Positions 36,601 through 48,629 of a DNA stretch of 64,000 bases are shown piece after piece. Positions within the stretch are counted from its first letter, which is position 1; every line of letters starts with the position of its first letter. The notes below the pieces were generated by a model, which saw only the letters and a list, made by a program, of their open reading frames with translations, searched no databases and had not been told where the DNA came from. Where the stretch lies: the NCBI RefSeq assembly GCF_000315625.1, contig NW_005434636.1:331298-395297 (forward strand), written 5' to 3'. The position numbers and the translations under genes were made by a program. This stretch comes from Guillardia theta CCMP2712. Its lineage: Eukaryota > Protista > Cryptophyta.

Positions 36601-39600
36601 AGCAGCTCACCAGTCGCAGGAAGTCCTGTCCTTCGCTCTCCACCGGGCTGTCGTGCCACCACCTGCGGAGAGAAGGGTGAGGGAGGAGAGGAGGAAACGT
36701 TTCGTCCTCACTCGTATTGGAGGATGGCCTCCAGCTGGCTGGGAACCAAGTTGTCAGTGATGAGGAGACGGGTGCGATGGCCGTGCTCTTCGAAGAGCAA
36801 GTCTCCGATCTTGACGGTCAGCTCCTTGCTCTGATCGTCCTGCTCCGCCCTTGTCTTGAACTCCTTGAGCACCTCTATGAACAGCATGTTGTCTTTCTTG
36901 ACCTTGGCCAGTCTCGGGACCTCGTGGCGCCAGAGGGTCCACATGAAGAATAAAGGAAGTCCGATGGGGTAGGCAAGGAAAAGGAGGATGACGCGCCAGA
37001 AGACGGCGCGATGAGGGTCTGAGGTCGGGCAGGGGATGTCAAAGTCCATGAGGAGATACTTCACTCCCCCAACGTCCTTGCACACAAACCCTGAAGATGC
37101 AAAGATGGCCAGGAGAGGATAGACCAAGAAACACCTGGAGGAGACAGAAGAAGAGGAGGGAGGAGGGAGGATGGAGGAGAGGAGGGAGGAGAGGAGAGAG
37201 GAGAGAGCGTGAGTGTTTGAAAGATACACGGTCATCATGGCTTACCAGAAGAGCAGCCAGAACCAAACTCTCTCCTTCACATGCGCGTTATACTGGTTGA
37301 CCTTCTCCACCTGCTGCTCCAGCTCCTGCGCAGTCATCTGAGGACTTCTGTTCACCAGGTCAACCCGAGCTCCCTCCTCCATCGAGCTCGCGTCCCTCCC
37401 TCCCGAGCAGGTGATCAGCTTCAGGACCCACTGTAGGTTGATCTTGAACACGCAGAGCGGCTGGAACTTATCGGCCACGATGCCGGCAGGGGTGACTTTC
37501 TTCAAGAAGAGCAGCGGAAGGAGCATGCAGACCCCAATGATGATGGGACTGAGGCCGTAGATGTTGATCTTGTCGTAGTAGTTCATGCCGGCCAGCAGGC
37601 AGTGCATCCCTGAGAATGCGAAGAGATCGAATCTAGAAGATGAAAGTTAGAGACGCCTTCTTCCTCCTCTGAGGACTCACTTGAACGCTGCGGCAATTCG
37701 GAAGGAACTTTGGATCCGGTCCGGCCATGGAACGGTGTAGGAGTTTGCAAAGGAGGAGGTGACCTTGAGAGCAAGACGTCAGGAGGGAGGAGAGGAGTAG
37801 AGGCAGCGGGACCTGGAGGAAACTGATCAACAACCTGAGGTACTCCCACATCCTCTTGAGCTTGTAGATGATGCGAGTGAGGGGAGTGACTTCCTGTGAC
37901 TCGCGTTTCTCCGGCTTTGAGAGTCCCAGGAGCGGGCGGATGATGAGGATGTACCAGATGATGATCAAGACGAGGATGAAGATCGCCTGCCCCAAGTTCT
38001 TGAGGTTATTAAAGTTCCCATGACATGGCTTGCACTCAGCTCCTGGGGTGATGATGTCAGAATCCTCCTCCTCCTCCTCCTCCTCCTCCTCCTCCTCCTC
38101 CTCCTCCTCCTCCTCCTCCTCCTCCTCCTCCTCCTCCCGTCTCATCCTCACCGTAGGAAGAGCCGGCAAAGAAGTATCCTGGAGCACACAGGGCGCACAA
38201 GACGCCTGTGCGTCCCTTGGTGCAGTTGTTGCCAACCTGGCAGGCGTTGGGAGAGCAGCGGTAGATAGGGATGTTAAGAGACGCATTCCCCATCACCCTC
38301 CTGCTGCGTTTGGAGTCGAGGGTCCAGAAGCCCGGGCGAGCGATGAAGGCGCTGCCGCCAGGGCATTCGACCTTCTCTGACTGACACTGAATGCACTTGG
38401 ACAGCACGTCGTTTGCCGAGGTGGCCACCTGGACCTGCTCGCGGTAGCTTGCGGGGACGGGGCTGTAGTAGGAGCGGGGGCAGACGACGCACTCGTCAAG
38501 TTGGCTGGTATCTTTGTTGCGGATGAGGATGTAGCCTGCGGGACACTGTTGGATGCGCAAGACGCCGTTCTCCCACTCCCACACAGACCCTGACACCAGA
38601 GGATACATGTAGATGCCGTCGCAGGAGGCGCCGACGGGGCAGGCAAGGCAGGCGCCGGTGCTGTTGTAGTACTCCACTTCTGGCAAGCAGACCTGACAGG
38701 TCCTCGTCTGACAGTTCTCAGTGTATCCGGCCTTGCACTTGTACTGGCATGTACCATCGGTGTAGCCTCCTGCAGTCACATACACGCTGTTCGCCGGGAG
38801 ATAGTCTGTAGAGCAGGGCCTGCAAGTTGTGTCCTCCTTGGCTCCAGCCTCGCAGACAGGCTTCCAGTTCCCGACCGGGCACTGGGAGGCCAGCATGCAT
38901 GTGTAGCAGTCCAACAGTCCTGAAGTGTTGCTGAAGCTGCCGGCTGCGCAGGGTTGGCAAGCAGTCCTGGGGCCCGAGGATCCGGGAGGACAGGAGCAGC
39001 TGGAGATGAATCGGCTGCCCGGAGGAGACATGGAAGTCGAGGGACAGGGCGAGCAGGACGACTGGCCGCTGAGGCCGTTGAAGGTTCCTGCAGGGCAGTC
39101 CACGCAGACGCCTCCTTGCGAGAACTTCCCTGACCCGCACAGCTGGCAGGTCCTGTCAGGAGCAAGACCGTAGCCCGAGTTGCAGATACATCCCTTCCTT
39201 GAGCTCCCTTCCTTGCTCTGCGCGTTAGGCGGGCAGTTACTGCAGATCGTCGCTCCTCCATCCGCAAACTTCCCAGCTGGGCAGATGGTGCAGGCGACGT
39301 TGTCCACCAGGGACTTGAATCTTCCTTCCGGGCACATCACGCAGCCCTGCACGGTCTGGTTGTATCCAGCTCCAGCCTTGCAGACGCATGTGCTGATCGA
39401 AGTGCTGCTCGTGTACAACGTTGTACTCAAGTCTGGGCAGGAGGTACAAGCATCGTTGGACCTCATGGCCTTATACGTTCCCATGGAGCAGCCGAGGCAT
39501 GTGGCTCCCACCAGCTCGAACCCACGGTTGCACTCACAGTCCTTGACCGAGGAGCTTCCTAAGCGATTTGCGAAGGAGTTCTCAGGGCAAGTCAAGCAAG

Positions 39601-42600
39601 TCGTCGACCCTCCTCCGCTCTGCTCGCTGTACGTCCCGGCTGCGCAGATCTGGCAGACAGAGCTGTTTGCTTGCTTGGAGAAGGAGCCAGGGCCGCATGA
39701 GAGACATTTCTTGCTGTTGGCAGTATCAGAGTAGAAACCAGCTGCACAAGCGTAGCAGGAGCCCGCTGACTGTCCTCCGCACCCCACACGGGCAAACCCT
39801 GCAGCGCACTTCACGCAAGCTCCGCAGGTGGTGGAGGAGCCGTTGACGACGACGAAGGAGCTCTCGCAGACCTGGTTCTCGCTCGCCAGGCACTGGGCAT
39901 CGGAGAGGAGGGAGCAATTTGACTGGATGCCGACGGCTCCTGAGCAGTCGGAGCAGGCGGCACATTTGGAGGGCAGGAGGGGATTGTAATATTGCTGTCT
40001 CGGACAAATGGGGCTACACTCGCCAGCGCAGGAGTTTGTACTGTAACCGAAGTCACACACCTTGCAAGGAGAGCATGTAACAGAGCCTGCGGTGGAGAAT
40101 TTCCCCGCAGAGCAGGCAAGGCACTCCAAGTTGTCGATCGTCCTGTTCTCACGGAAGTTCTCCTGGCACTTGCATTGGGTGATGGAGGTTGAGGACACCC
40201 GGTCCGTGAGGGAGTTTGCTGGGCATGACTGACACGGGCAGTCAGTGGCAGACTTGCAGCCTGAGTTGTACTGGCCGATAGCACACGCCCTGCACTGACC
40301 GCTGACGGTGCCGTAGCCGTTGACACATGTACACATCTCCGACGATGTGCTGGCAACAAGAGAAGTTCTGTTGTCCCCGCATGACTTGCACTCTCCACGG
40401 GAGACCGTATCCTTGTAAGTGCCGACAGAGCAGGGATCGCAGGTCCCGGTCATGTTGTTGTACGTGTAGCCTCTGATGCAGAGGCAATCTTCAAACTGTG
40501 TGCTCCCAGCCTGAAGGGTGATAGAGAAGAAGGGGCAGAAAGAACACTCGTCGGGCCCGGCCTTGTCCTTGTATTTCCCTACAGGGCAGATGGTGCACTG
40601 GCCCCCGTCGAAGGTGAAGCCGGGAAGGCAGGTACACTGCTCGGATGTCAGGCTGCCGGGTGGGGAGGTGGAGTTGGCAGGGCAGAGCGAGCAGGCGGCG
40701 TTGGAAATGTCGCCCTTGTACGTTCCAGCACTGCATATGTTGCAGAGGCCGTCGGGGCCGAGAGTGTACCCGGCGATGCAGACACAGTCGTCAGCAGAGG
40801 TCTGGTTGGTGATGGTGATGCTGTTGGAGGGACAAGCCTGGCAGGAGAAGTCAAGGCAGCTGCTGGCAGCCTCGACATCCATCAGGTGAGCGATCATCCT
40901 GGCAGAGAAGGTGGAGTCGTAGTTGGTGGTCAGGCCCACAAACGTCCCGCTGGCGTACGTGGACTTAAACGTAGACGCGCACTGGCCTGTGCCCTGGAAC
41001 ATCAAGCTCAACGAAGAGTTTGCGGCGACTGCGCGATGAATCCTGACAGTCTGCGAGGCCTCCAGGGACGAGACGATGTTGCAAGAAGCGTCAGAGACGT
41101 TCGATGTCTCCAGCGAGTTCGAGCAGTTGGTCATCATCACGTCAAACTGCGCAGCTAAGGAGGATGAGGATGGGCCGTTGGCTCTCAGCACAATCAGAGT
41201 CCCTCCCCGCCGCACGTAGCTCCTGATGGCGTCGACCTCCGATGGGGGCAGGTCTGCGGACAGCGGAGGAAGGAGCAGGACCTTAGGGTTGAGGGACTCA
41301 AGCTGAGATGCGTTGGAAATCTCCCCGAACCTCGTCGTGGCGATGTTGCTCTTCAGCTGCTCATAAGTTGCTGACATGTACATGCTGTTCACGTATGCCA
41401 TCGCAAAGTTGTTCATGGAGAACTTGCCCTTGGCGCAGGACTGGCAGGTCGAGGAGCCGGTCTGGTAGGAAAATCCGGCCTGGCAGGAGCAGTACTCAGC
41501 CCCTTCCCACACGGACAAGGTGTTGTCTGGGCAGATGGAGCAGAGAGAGTTTCCCGTCTGGCTCTTGTAGTATCCTGTTTTGCACGGAGAGCAGGTGGTA
41601 CTGTACTCGTATCCAGGGACGCACAGGCACTTCGACACGTCCGTTGCTCCTGAGGAGGAGACCGACTGGGCTGGGCAGGACTGACAAGCATCGTTGGAGC
41701 GGGTGGACTTGTACTTGTTGGCAGGGCAGGTGACGCACTGATTGCTGGTTGAGTTGAAGGTGAAGCCGGGGTCACAGAGAAAGCTGTAAACCATGACCTT
41801 GTACAAATCGTTGGAGGGACCTGAAGAAACATCATAAAAATAATGAGTCGCTTTCCTCAAAGAGCTTCAGTTCGCCTCACCAGAGTTTTTCTTTGTGTAG
41901 CCTCCGAACAAAAACAAGTCATTGCCTATGGCTGCCATCCCCACCTTGTAACGAGCTGAAGGCTGAGCTCCAGCAGCAGCAACGATGCTCCAGCGGTAGC
42001 TTGCGACGTCCAACATGTAAAGGTTAGTGTCTTCACCCTCAAGGTAGTCTTACATGTCATGTCAGCGTCGCGAAAGACGGCAGCAACGTCATTACCTTTT
42101 ATCGCGTTGGAGGAGCCGCCGAAGAGGTAGATTAGACTTCCTACTGCAACCATGGAGTGCCCGAATCGTGCAGGAACGGTCACACCCACTGTGGTGATAG
42201 AGTCCCAACGCCTCGTGGTGCTGTCGAACTTGTGCAAGGACGACTCGGCAGCTGAGAGGCTGTCAGATCGTGATGGGGAGGACGAGGGGAGAGACAGAGG
42301 AAGGGGCAGGATGAGAGGTCAGAACCGGAGTGAGTGAGTGAGTGAGTGAGGGAGGGAGGGAGGGAGGGAGGGAGGGAGGGAGGGAGGGAGTGAGGGAGGA
42401 GCGGTAGGCGGAGAGTAGAGGAGCTGAGAGGAGGGGAGAGTATCTCACCGGATGAGTAGACGGTGGATCCTCCGTAGAGGTAAATGTCGGTTCCTACTGC
42501 TGCCATAGCTTGTCCGTAACGTGACTGGGGGCGATAGCCTGTTTGACTGATGTCGGCCCACGACTGTGACGACGTGTCGAAGGCGTACATGTCATTCTTC

Positions 42601-44578
42601 GTTTGCCCACTGCTGTCAACTGTTTGCCGCATAGTCAACGAGCCATTGAAACAGCTCCAACATTCTCTTACATATGCTTGAATAGTACTCGAAGCCACCC
42701 CAGAGGTAGACCACTCGCCCGATAGTGGCTGACGACATGGCGTAACGAGGGTTCGACATGGATGAGCTGGTCGACGACAAACTCCATCGCTGAAGTCTCG
42801 AGTCGAAGATCAACATCTTGTTGTAACCTACTCGTCGTCAGCAAGCGGAAGTGGGGGGGTAGCGAGAGTCACTTGTCTGCGGTAGAGGGGAAGAGCCTAA
42901 TGTGTAACCGCCATACACATACAGGAAGTCCCCGACTGCTGACATTGTATGTCCGCTCCTTCCTAGCACCAGGCGCCCGTCATCAAAGTTTTGAACTGTC
43001 CAGGCCATGTCCGAGGAATCGAAGATGTTTGGATCTGCCGTCATGCCTGCTCCAAAGTCATAACCATGAATGACTAGGAATCAACCTCACCAGTTAATTC
43101 TGAGCCTCCGACAATGAAGAGCTCTTTGCCAATCGATGACATACTGCAGCTATCAAGCAAACGAGGGTATGCATCGTTGGTGAATTTCCAGGCATTCAAG
43201 CTTGAATTGTACTCGAACCTTCCTTGTGAGATCATACCTGTAAAGGAATGAGTCAAACAAGACGAGCTCATAAACTTGTCTTTACTGGTATCTGTCGAAA
43301 TCTTCCCACTATACAAAAGCAACGTTTCTCCGGCTGCAGCAAAAGCGAACTGAGATCGATTGGATGGAATTTGCCCTTGACTTGTCACATGACTCCATTC
43401 AACTCTGTTCGTATCAAACTTGTACATGTCGTTTTGCAAGACGACGCCTTTGCCTGTATGAATGGAATATCAACACATCAATGAGTCTCTGGAATATTAA
43501 CCTGGCATCGTCCCTTCTCCTCCGAAAACGTATATTATGTTTGATATTGCTGCCATTCCAAAGAAAGCGCGTGATGAAGGCATTCCTCCGGTTGAGTTGA
43601 GTACAGTCCACTGATTGTTGACGATGTTGAAGGTGTATAGGTCTTGCAGGTAGATGTACTCTGTGTCAACAAGTCAACATCAAACCAACGTGAGCCTGTT
43701 CAGGATTACCTGAAGATGTGGCGTTGTAACTTGCTCCTCCGAAGACGTATATCAGAGTGCCAACCGCAACCATGCCATGTCCATGACGATGGAGTGGTAC
43801 ATTCTCGGTGGAGCTTATACGGGCCCACTCAAACGTTTTCAGATTCAGCTTGTACATCAAGTTGCTCGTGAGATCTATTTTGTTTGTATTTTAGCCCGAA
43901 ACAACAACCGCATAGCAAGACTTGCTTACAGTCAGACTTGCTTGCCCCTCCGAAATGGTAGGCAAACTCGTTGACAACCACCAAAGACATATTTACAAGG
44001 GCTGGTGGCACATTGCCGCTGGTCTGAACCTCCAACCATTTCGCGTTCGTGGAACTGAAACGATACAGAGCTAACAACTTATCTGTCTCATGAGTCAAGT
44101 CAAACATCAACATACGCATGATAACGCCTGACCGTCCGAATTGTTCTTTCCCAACAGGTACAGCGAGTCCTCGAAAGAGGCCATGGAAAGGCCAACCTTG
44201 TTCAACGGGCCCCCGCTAGAGCTGTTGTACGTCCACGTCCCTTTCAAAACGTCCAGAGAGTACACGCCATTCATCTGGTTGTTGAGATCTGCATGAAGGA
44301 AAGAAAACAGCGTCAGCCGTCAAATCTTTCTCGATCCAAGGTCGCCAACCGAGTCCGTCACCTCCCCCATAGACGTAGACCTGAGCGCCATTCGTCGCCA
44401 CTGCTGAAACCAGTCGGTTTCCAGGAGAAATCTTGGTGAGGTCTGACCAGCTGTTGTAATCATTGGACGCAGATGAGAGGAGAGGTAGTAGAGCACAGAC
44501 AAGAAGAACTAGCAGCATGCTTCGGTGGGCTGGAGGCTCCATAGCGATCCCTTTCTGCCAAACTCGCCCCCTAGCCAT
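33612..44578 (-). CDS. Giant receptor-like membrane protein: signal peptide, ~12 Kelch repeats, Cys-rich (TNFR/ephrin-receptor-like GCC2_GCC3) repeats, multi-pass TM region with large insertion, acidic tail; many exons
   Basis: Signal MLLVLLVCALLPLLSSA. Kelch motifs (RHGHGMVAVGTLIYVFGG, RFGHSMVAVGSLIYLFGG etc.). The 1267-aa ORF holds CxxCPxGxY...CxxCPxxS.T...CxC repeats. TM motifs include LLISFLQV, FLVYP, YLLMDFDIPC, AYPIGLP, GFIFQAYK|..WYFEIVDMMRK and LRPF...LN.L. Confidence 0.85.
38063..38137 (+). repeat. (TCC)n tract, about 25 units, inside an intron of the giant gene
   Basis: Read directly. On the minus strand it is flanked by GTGAG and CCAG splice sites. Confidence 0.9.
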
Positions 44579-45128
44579 TGCGAACTCTGGACGGAGACAC
44601 TACCCTAGTCTATCCCAGTAAAAGTACCCACCTTCACACCTCCTGTTATTGGCCTTGTCATGGAAATTAATTTTCCAGGTACCCCTACCATACCCTTCCC
44701 CCTGCATCTCTGGGATAAACCACCCCCATTTGCCCTTTCAAGTGACTCCTTGTTTATCTATTAGCCACCCACCCTCTCTAATGTTGAACTCAGGTTTTTG
44801 CCAGCAACATACCACCCCTACTAGGAAATAACCTATGTGCATGTGGGAAAGGACCCCTCCTTTTCAGTCAAAAACGAAGTTAAGATTTTGTTGACCCATA
44901 CCCCCCTGTCAGGGCTCTGTTAAAATTTTCAACCTTTACCGTCAAACTTTCAAAACCCGTGACCGTTGAGCTCGGGGACCCTGCCTCTGTGAAAGTGAAA
45001 AATGAGGGGATAATTTGAAAAAATTTAACGCTCGTGTGATCTGAACTGATCTTCTTTTTTCCGCACTCATCAAGTCAAATTTCTTGAGCCAGGGGCTGAC
45101 CGTTCGCCTCGACCGTCATTAGTACTAC

Positions 45129-45157
45129 TACTCAAAGTTAAGTTAAAAATCAGTACG
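45129..45157 (+). repeat. Dispersed intergenic motif, copy 4 (TACTCAAAGTTAAGTTAAAAATCAGTACG)
   Basis: Matches the corresponding part of copy 1 at 28 of 29 positions. Confidence 0.85.
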
Positions 45158-45765
45158 GTAACAATAGCCAGTGAGTCTCTGTGACACCTCGGGCGCCCCC
45201 CGGCCGGGCTCCTTGAAGAACCCTCATACAGCATACCCGGAAATAGATCGAAAGCAGTGGATCGAAAGCTGGATCGAAAGGCATTCCATACCCTACGACT
45301 ATGCTGCTGCTGCTGCTCTTGCTCGCCTCTTGCTCATGATCCCAACTCTTCATGAGTTCTCCGTCTTCCTCTTCTTCACATCTTTTGACTTCCATTGAAA
45401 GTTTCCTGCTTCCCTCGTCTCGTTCAACTCGTCTCCTCTATCTGCTATGTGTGACCCTGTTCGCCCATCCATTCCTTGCCATAATTCTTAGTCCGCATTC
45501 CATTCTTCCTTTCCTTGCCTTCTCTTTTTGTTGTTTTGAAAGCCCCAGAAAGCTTCCTTCAGCCACTTCGCTGTTTTCTCTTTACAGTTAGACTTTCCTA
45601 GCCCATGTAGTGTTTCCCTGACCCAATCTTGACTGTTTTCGTTCCTTCTCAAGTTATCTTTTTGTATCCGTGAACTTGTTGGATGAAGTTCTTTTCTGAC
45701 TCTTTTCTTCAGGAAATGCTACGGAAATCGATCTCTTATCAGTTTTAGCCACACAGACGCTATCA

Positions 45766-48484
45766 ATGCAGGCTCACGTTACAACTTCAGGGAGGAGGTT
45801 GAATCTTCTGAAACTAGTGGGTACCATCAGTGGTGTATTGTTAGCTGTTGTCGTTTGCGTATTCTTGGTCTATGGTGGATCGGGTCATGAATCATCCTTA
45901 GCTGCGAGATACACAAGCTTGTGGGAGTCAGATGACAGTCCCAATCATGACCCATATTTCAACATCTTCGATTTCAACGGACAAGGTAGCCAGCTCGGCG
46001 TCAGCGGTCAGTCACACAAGCACTGGAGTGATCAGGTGGTGAGGGAGCGGGTCTGGGAAACTCTGAAGGATGTCAAGGCCATGGAAAGACACGTCAGAGA
46101 GCAGAATGACATGAACAACCGGATGAAGAAAGAAATTAACAAGCTCTCTAGTGAGGCTGAAAATGAAAAGAAAGTGATCAAAGATCTTATCAATCAAGGG
46201 ATGTTGGACATCAGCGACAAAATTCAGCTGTTGAAGAATGCTGCTGCTGCGAATGTCACTGCAGTAGAGGAGTTTTTGAGAAGAATCGAGTCAGAGCAGA
46301 GGCAGAAGCAAAAGGAACAAGACAACGCTATCCAGTTGTTAGCTCAGAAGCACAAACAACTGCAAGATTCTGCAACCCAGAAGTTTCAGAATATTGATGA
46401 GCAAGTCAGTGCAGCGCAGAAATCGTTGAAAGAAGCCGAAACAAAAGTTGCATCTGAGAGAGATGACGTCCAGAACCTCATTATGAAAAGAATCCAAAGC
46501 GACATCAGTGGACTGGATCAGGAGATGAGAAATCGTCTGGAATCAGAAAGGGGGAAGATAAGCTCAGTCATCAGTGCTGGTCTGAAAGAGCTAGATGGAA
46601 ACATTTCAGATTATTCGTTGCGGACAGGCGTGAAAGTTGCACAATTGATGAGCCGTGTTACGAATTTGAAAGCAAAACAAAAGAAGATAGCGGATGATCA
46701 ACAAAATGAAATACTCGGCATCCAGAATGATCAAAATACATTCAAACAATCTACTTTGGACACGCTTGAAAAGCTCCGGGTTGCCGTGGAAAATACCAGA
46801 CAGAAGCTTGAAGATGCAGAGAAAGCCCTTCGTGATGAAGAGAGTCTGCGGAAGCAAGTAGAGGCCAAAGAAATGCAAGGAGCAACCTCTAAGCTGAACG
46901 ATGCAGTCACTCAGGAACTGACACAGTCAGAATCTGACATTGATCATCAAATCAAGAATGATAAGAGCTGGCTCCAAGGCACTTTGAAGAATGTTAATGA
47001 TGAGATGGACTTCAACGTGAAAGACTTTCACTCCAAGCTTGCGCAGCTCAAAGGCAAAACAGATACAGAAGATGTTGCTCAGAAGAAGAAGCTCCAAGAG
47101 GTCAGCAGCTCGGTAAGCAAGTACTTCACAAGAGCGGGAGAAGAACTTTCAATGCTTCAATCCAATGTGAGCAACATGGCACAGCAAATTCAGCAGTCGA
47201 ATGTAGATGTAAGACATGAGCTTGAGATGAAAGTTGAAGAATTGAAGTCAGAGCTGGTACGGAGGGTGAGGGAACTCAAGCAGGGTGTGTCTCAGAGCCT
47301 GCTGTCTGCAGAACTCGCCATGAAGCAAAACTTCTCGCAAGCAGAAAGCTCCTTACATTCCCAGATATCAGAAGAAATGTCTCAAGCTACGAAGTTGGCG
47401 ACCGATGTGTCAGAGGAGATGGAAAGAACCACCGACGAACAGAGCAAAGTGAACAAGAACAACAAAGAAAGAATTGACCAACTCTCTGATCAGCTTCAGT
47501 CTCAGCAAAAGTATACTGCAGAGGACTTGCAGGCTTTGGAGAATCAAGTCAAGAAGAGTGCGGAAACGGTGAAGAAGGCCAGGAGCCAGCTGGACAACGA
47601 TGGATCTCAGCTTGAATCGAAGCTTCGATCTCGTCTTGAGTCGGCCTTGGAGTCGATTCGCATGAATATCAGCACCACGCTTATGAACAGCAAGGAAGCC
47701 ATAACGACTCAGTTTGCCAAAGGGAGGGACAAGGTGCAGAACGCGATCCAGGATGTGAAGGAGGGCACGTACAACTCTCTGCAGTCGTACAAGGAAGCCC
47801 TCCGGCTGCTCTCTCAGGACGTGCGAGAAAACACTTACGCGACCGACAGGATCATCAAGAGTGCAATGATGTCGCAGACCTCCTTCACTCAGGACAGCAC
47901 GGAAGCTCTTGCAAAGGTCCGTCGATCCTTGGAGCAGACGCAGAAGTCGCTGGAGAAGGCCAACGACGACTTTGCAGGTTTGACTTCCCTGGGATGTGAA
48001 GGTCGCTGATCCCTCTGCTGCAGCGAGACTCCGCAACCGAGCGGCGGAGCTGGAAGGAGAGATGGACAGGAAGTTCAAAGACGCGCAAAGACAAGTCGAC
48101 GAGAAGCTGAGCAGAGAGGCTGAGCTGCTGCAGACGGTGATGAGCTGATCTCGTGCCAGTCAAGTTTGACACTTCGCCGCAGGCTCACGATGCGCTGCAC
48201 GAGGCGATCGAGGCGCATGAGGAGGCGTCGGCGGCGAAGCAGAAGGAGAGGGAGGAGAAGCTGAAGGCGAGGAGAAGAGGAGACGGCCGTTGATAACTGA
48301 CTTGCCGACAGGACTTGGCCAAAGACCTGCAGACTCTGCGCACTGCAATGGTGAAGCTAGAGCAGTCTCAAGGTAGATCTGTCGCCTGTCAGCCGTTGGT
48401 GGGCCGTTTGATTTGGGGTGTGAGCAGGTGACGGGAAGAGCGAGGGAGCAAGGCGGGATGGGGGAGGAGACGAGAAGAACGTGA
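45766..48484 (+). CDS. Type-II membrane-anchored long coiled-coil protein (~800 aa)
   Basis: TM segment LVGTISGVLLAVVVCVFLVY is followed by ~650 aa of heptad sequence. Short 3' exons AHDALHEAIE.., DLAKDLQTL.. and GDGKSEGARRDGEETRRT* complete the gene. Confidence 0.75.
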
Positions 48485-48629
48485 GGAGGAAAGAGGCTAT
48501 GAGAAGGTTGTATTCTAAACATGCGAGGAGACCCTAAGCGGTCGGTCGCGGGCTGTCTTAACAGAAACTTTAGACCCTCGAACGAGAATGAAGGGAAAGA
48601 TCAGAATCTTGATGTTGTCATCATCTCGA

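Noticed and set aside
38057-38140. Poly-Gly end of the 1267-aa ORF
   Set aside because: This is read-through into an intron containing (GAG)n. The gene continues in the next exon (AECKPCHG).
24502-45157. 38-nt dispersed motif as CRISPR repeats or tRNA/snRNA
   Set aside because: The copies are kilobases apart in both orientations, and I recognised no cloverleaf or Sm/box motifs.
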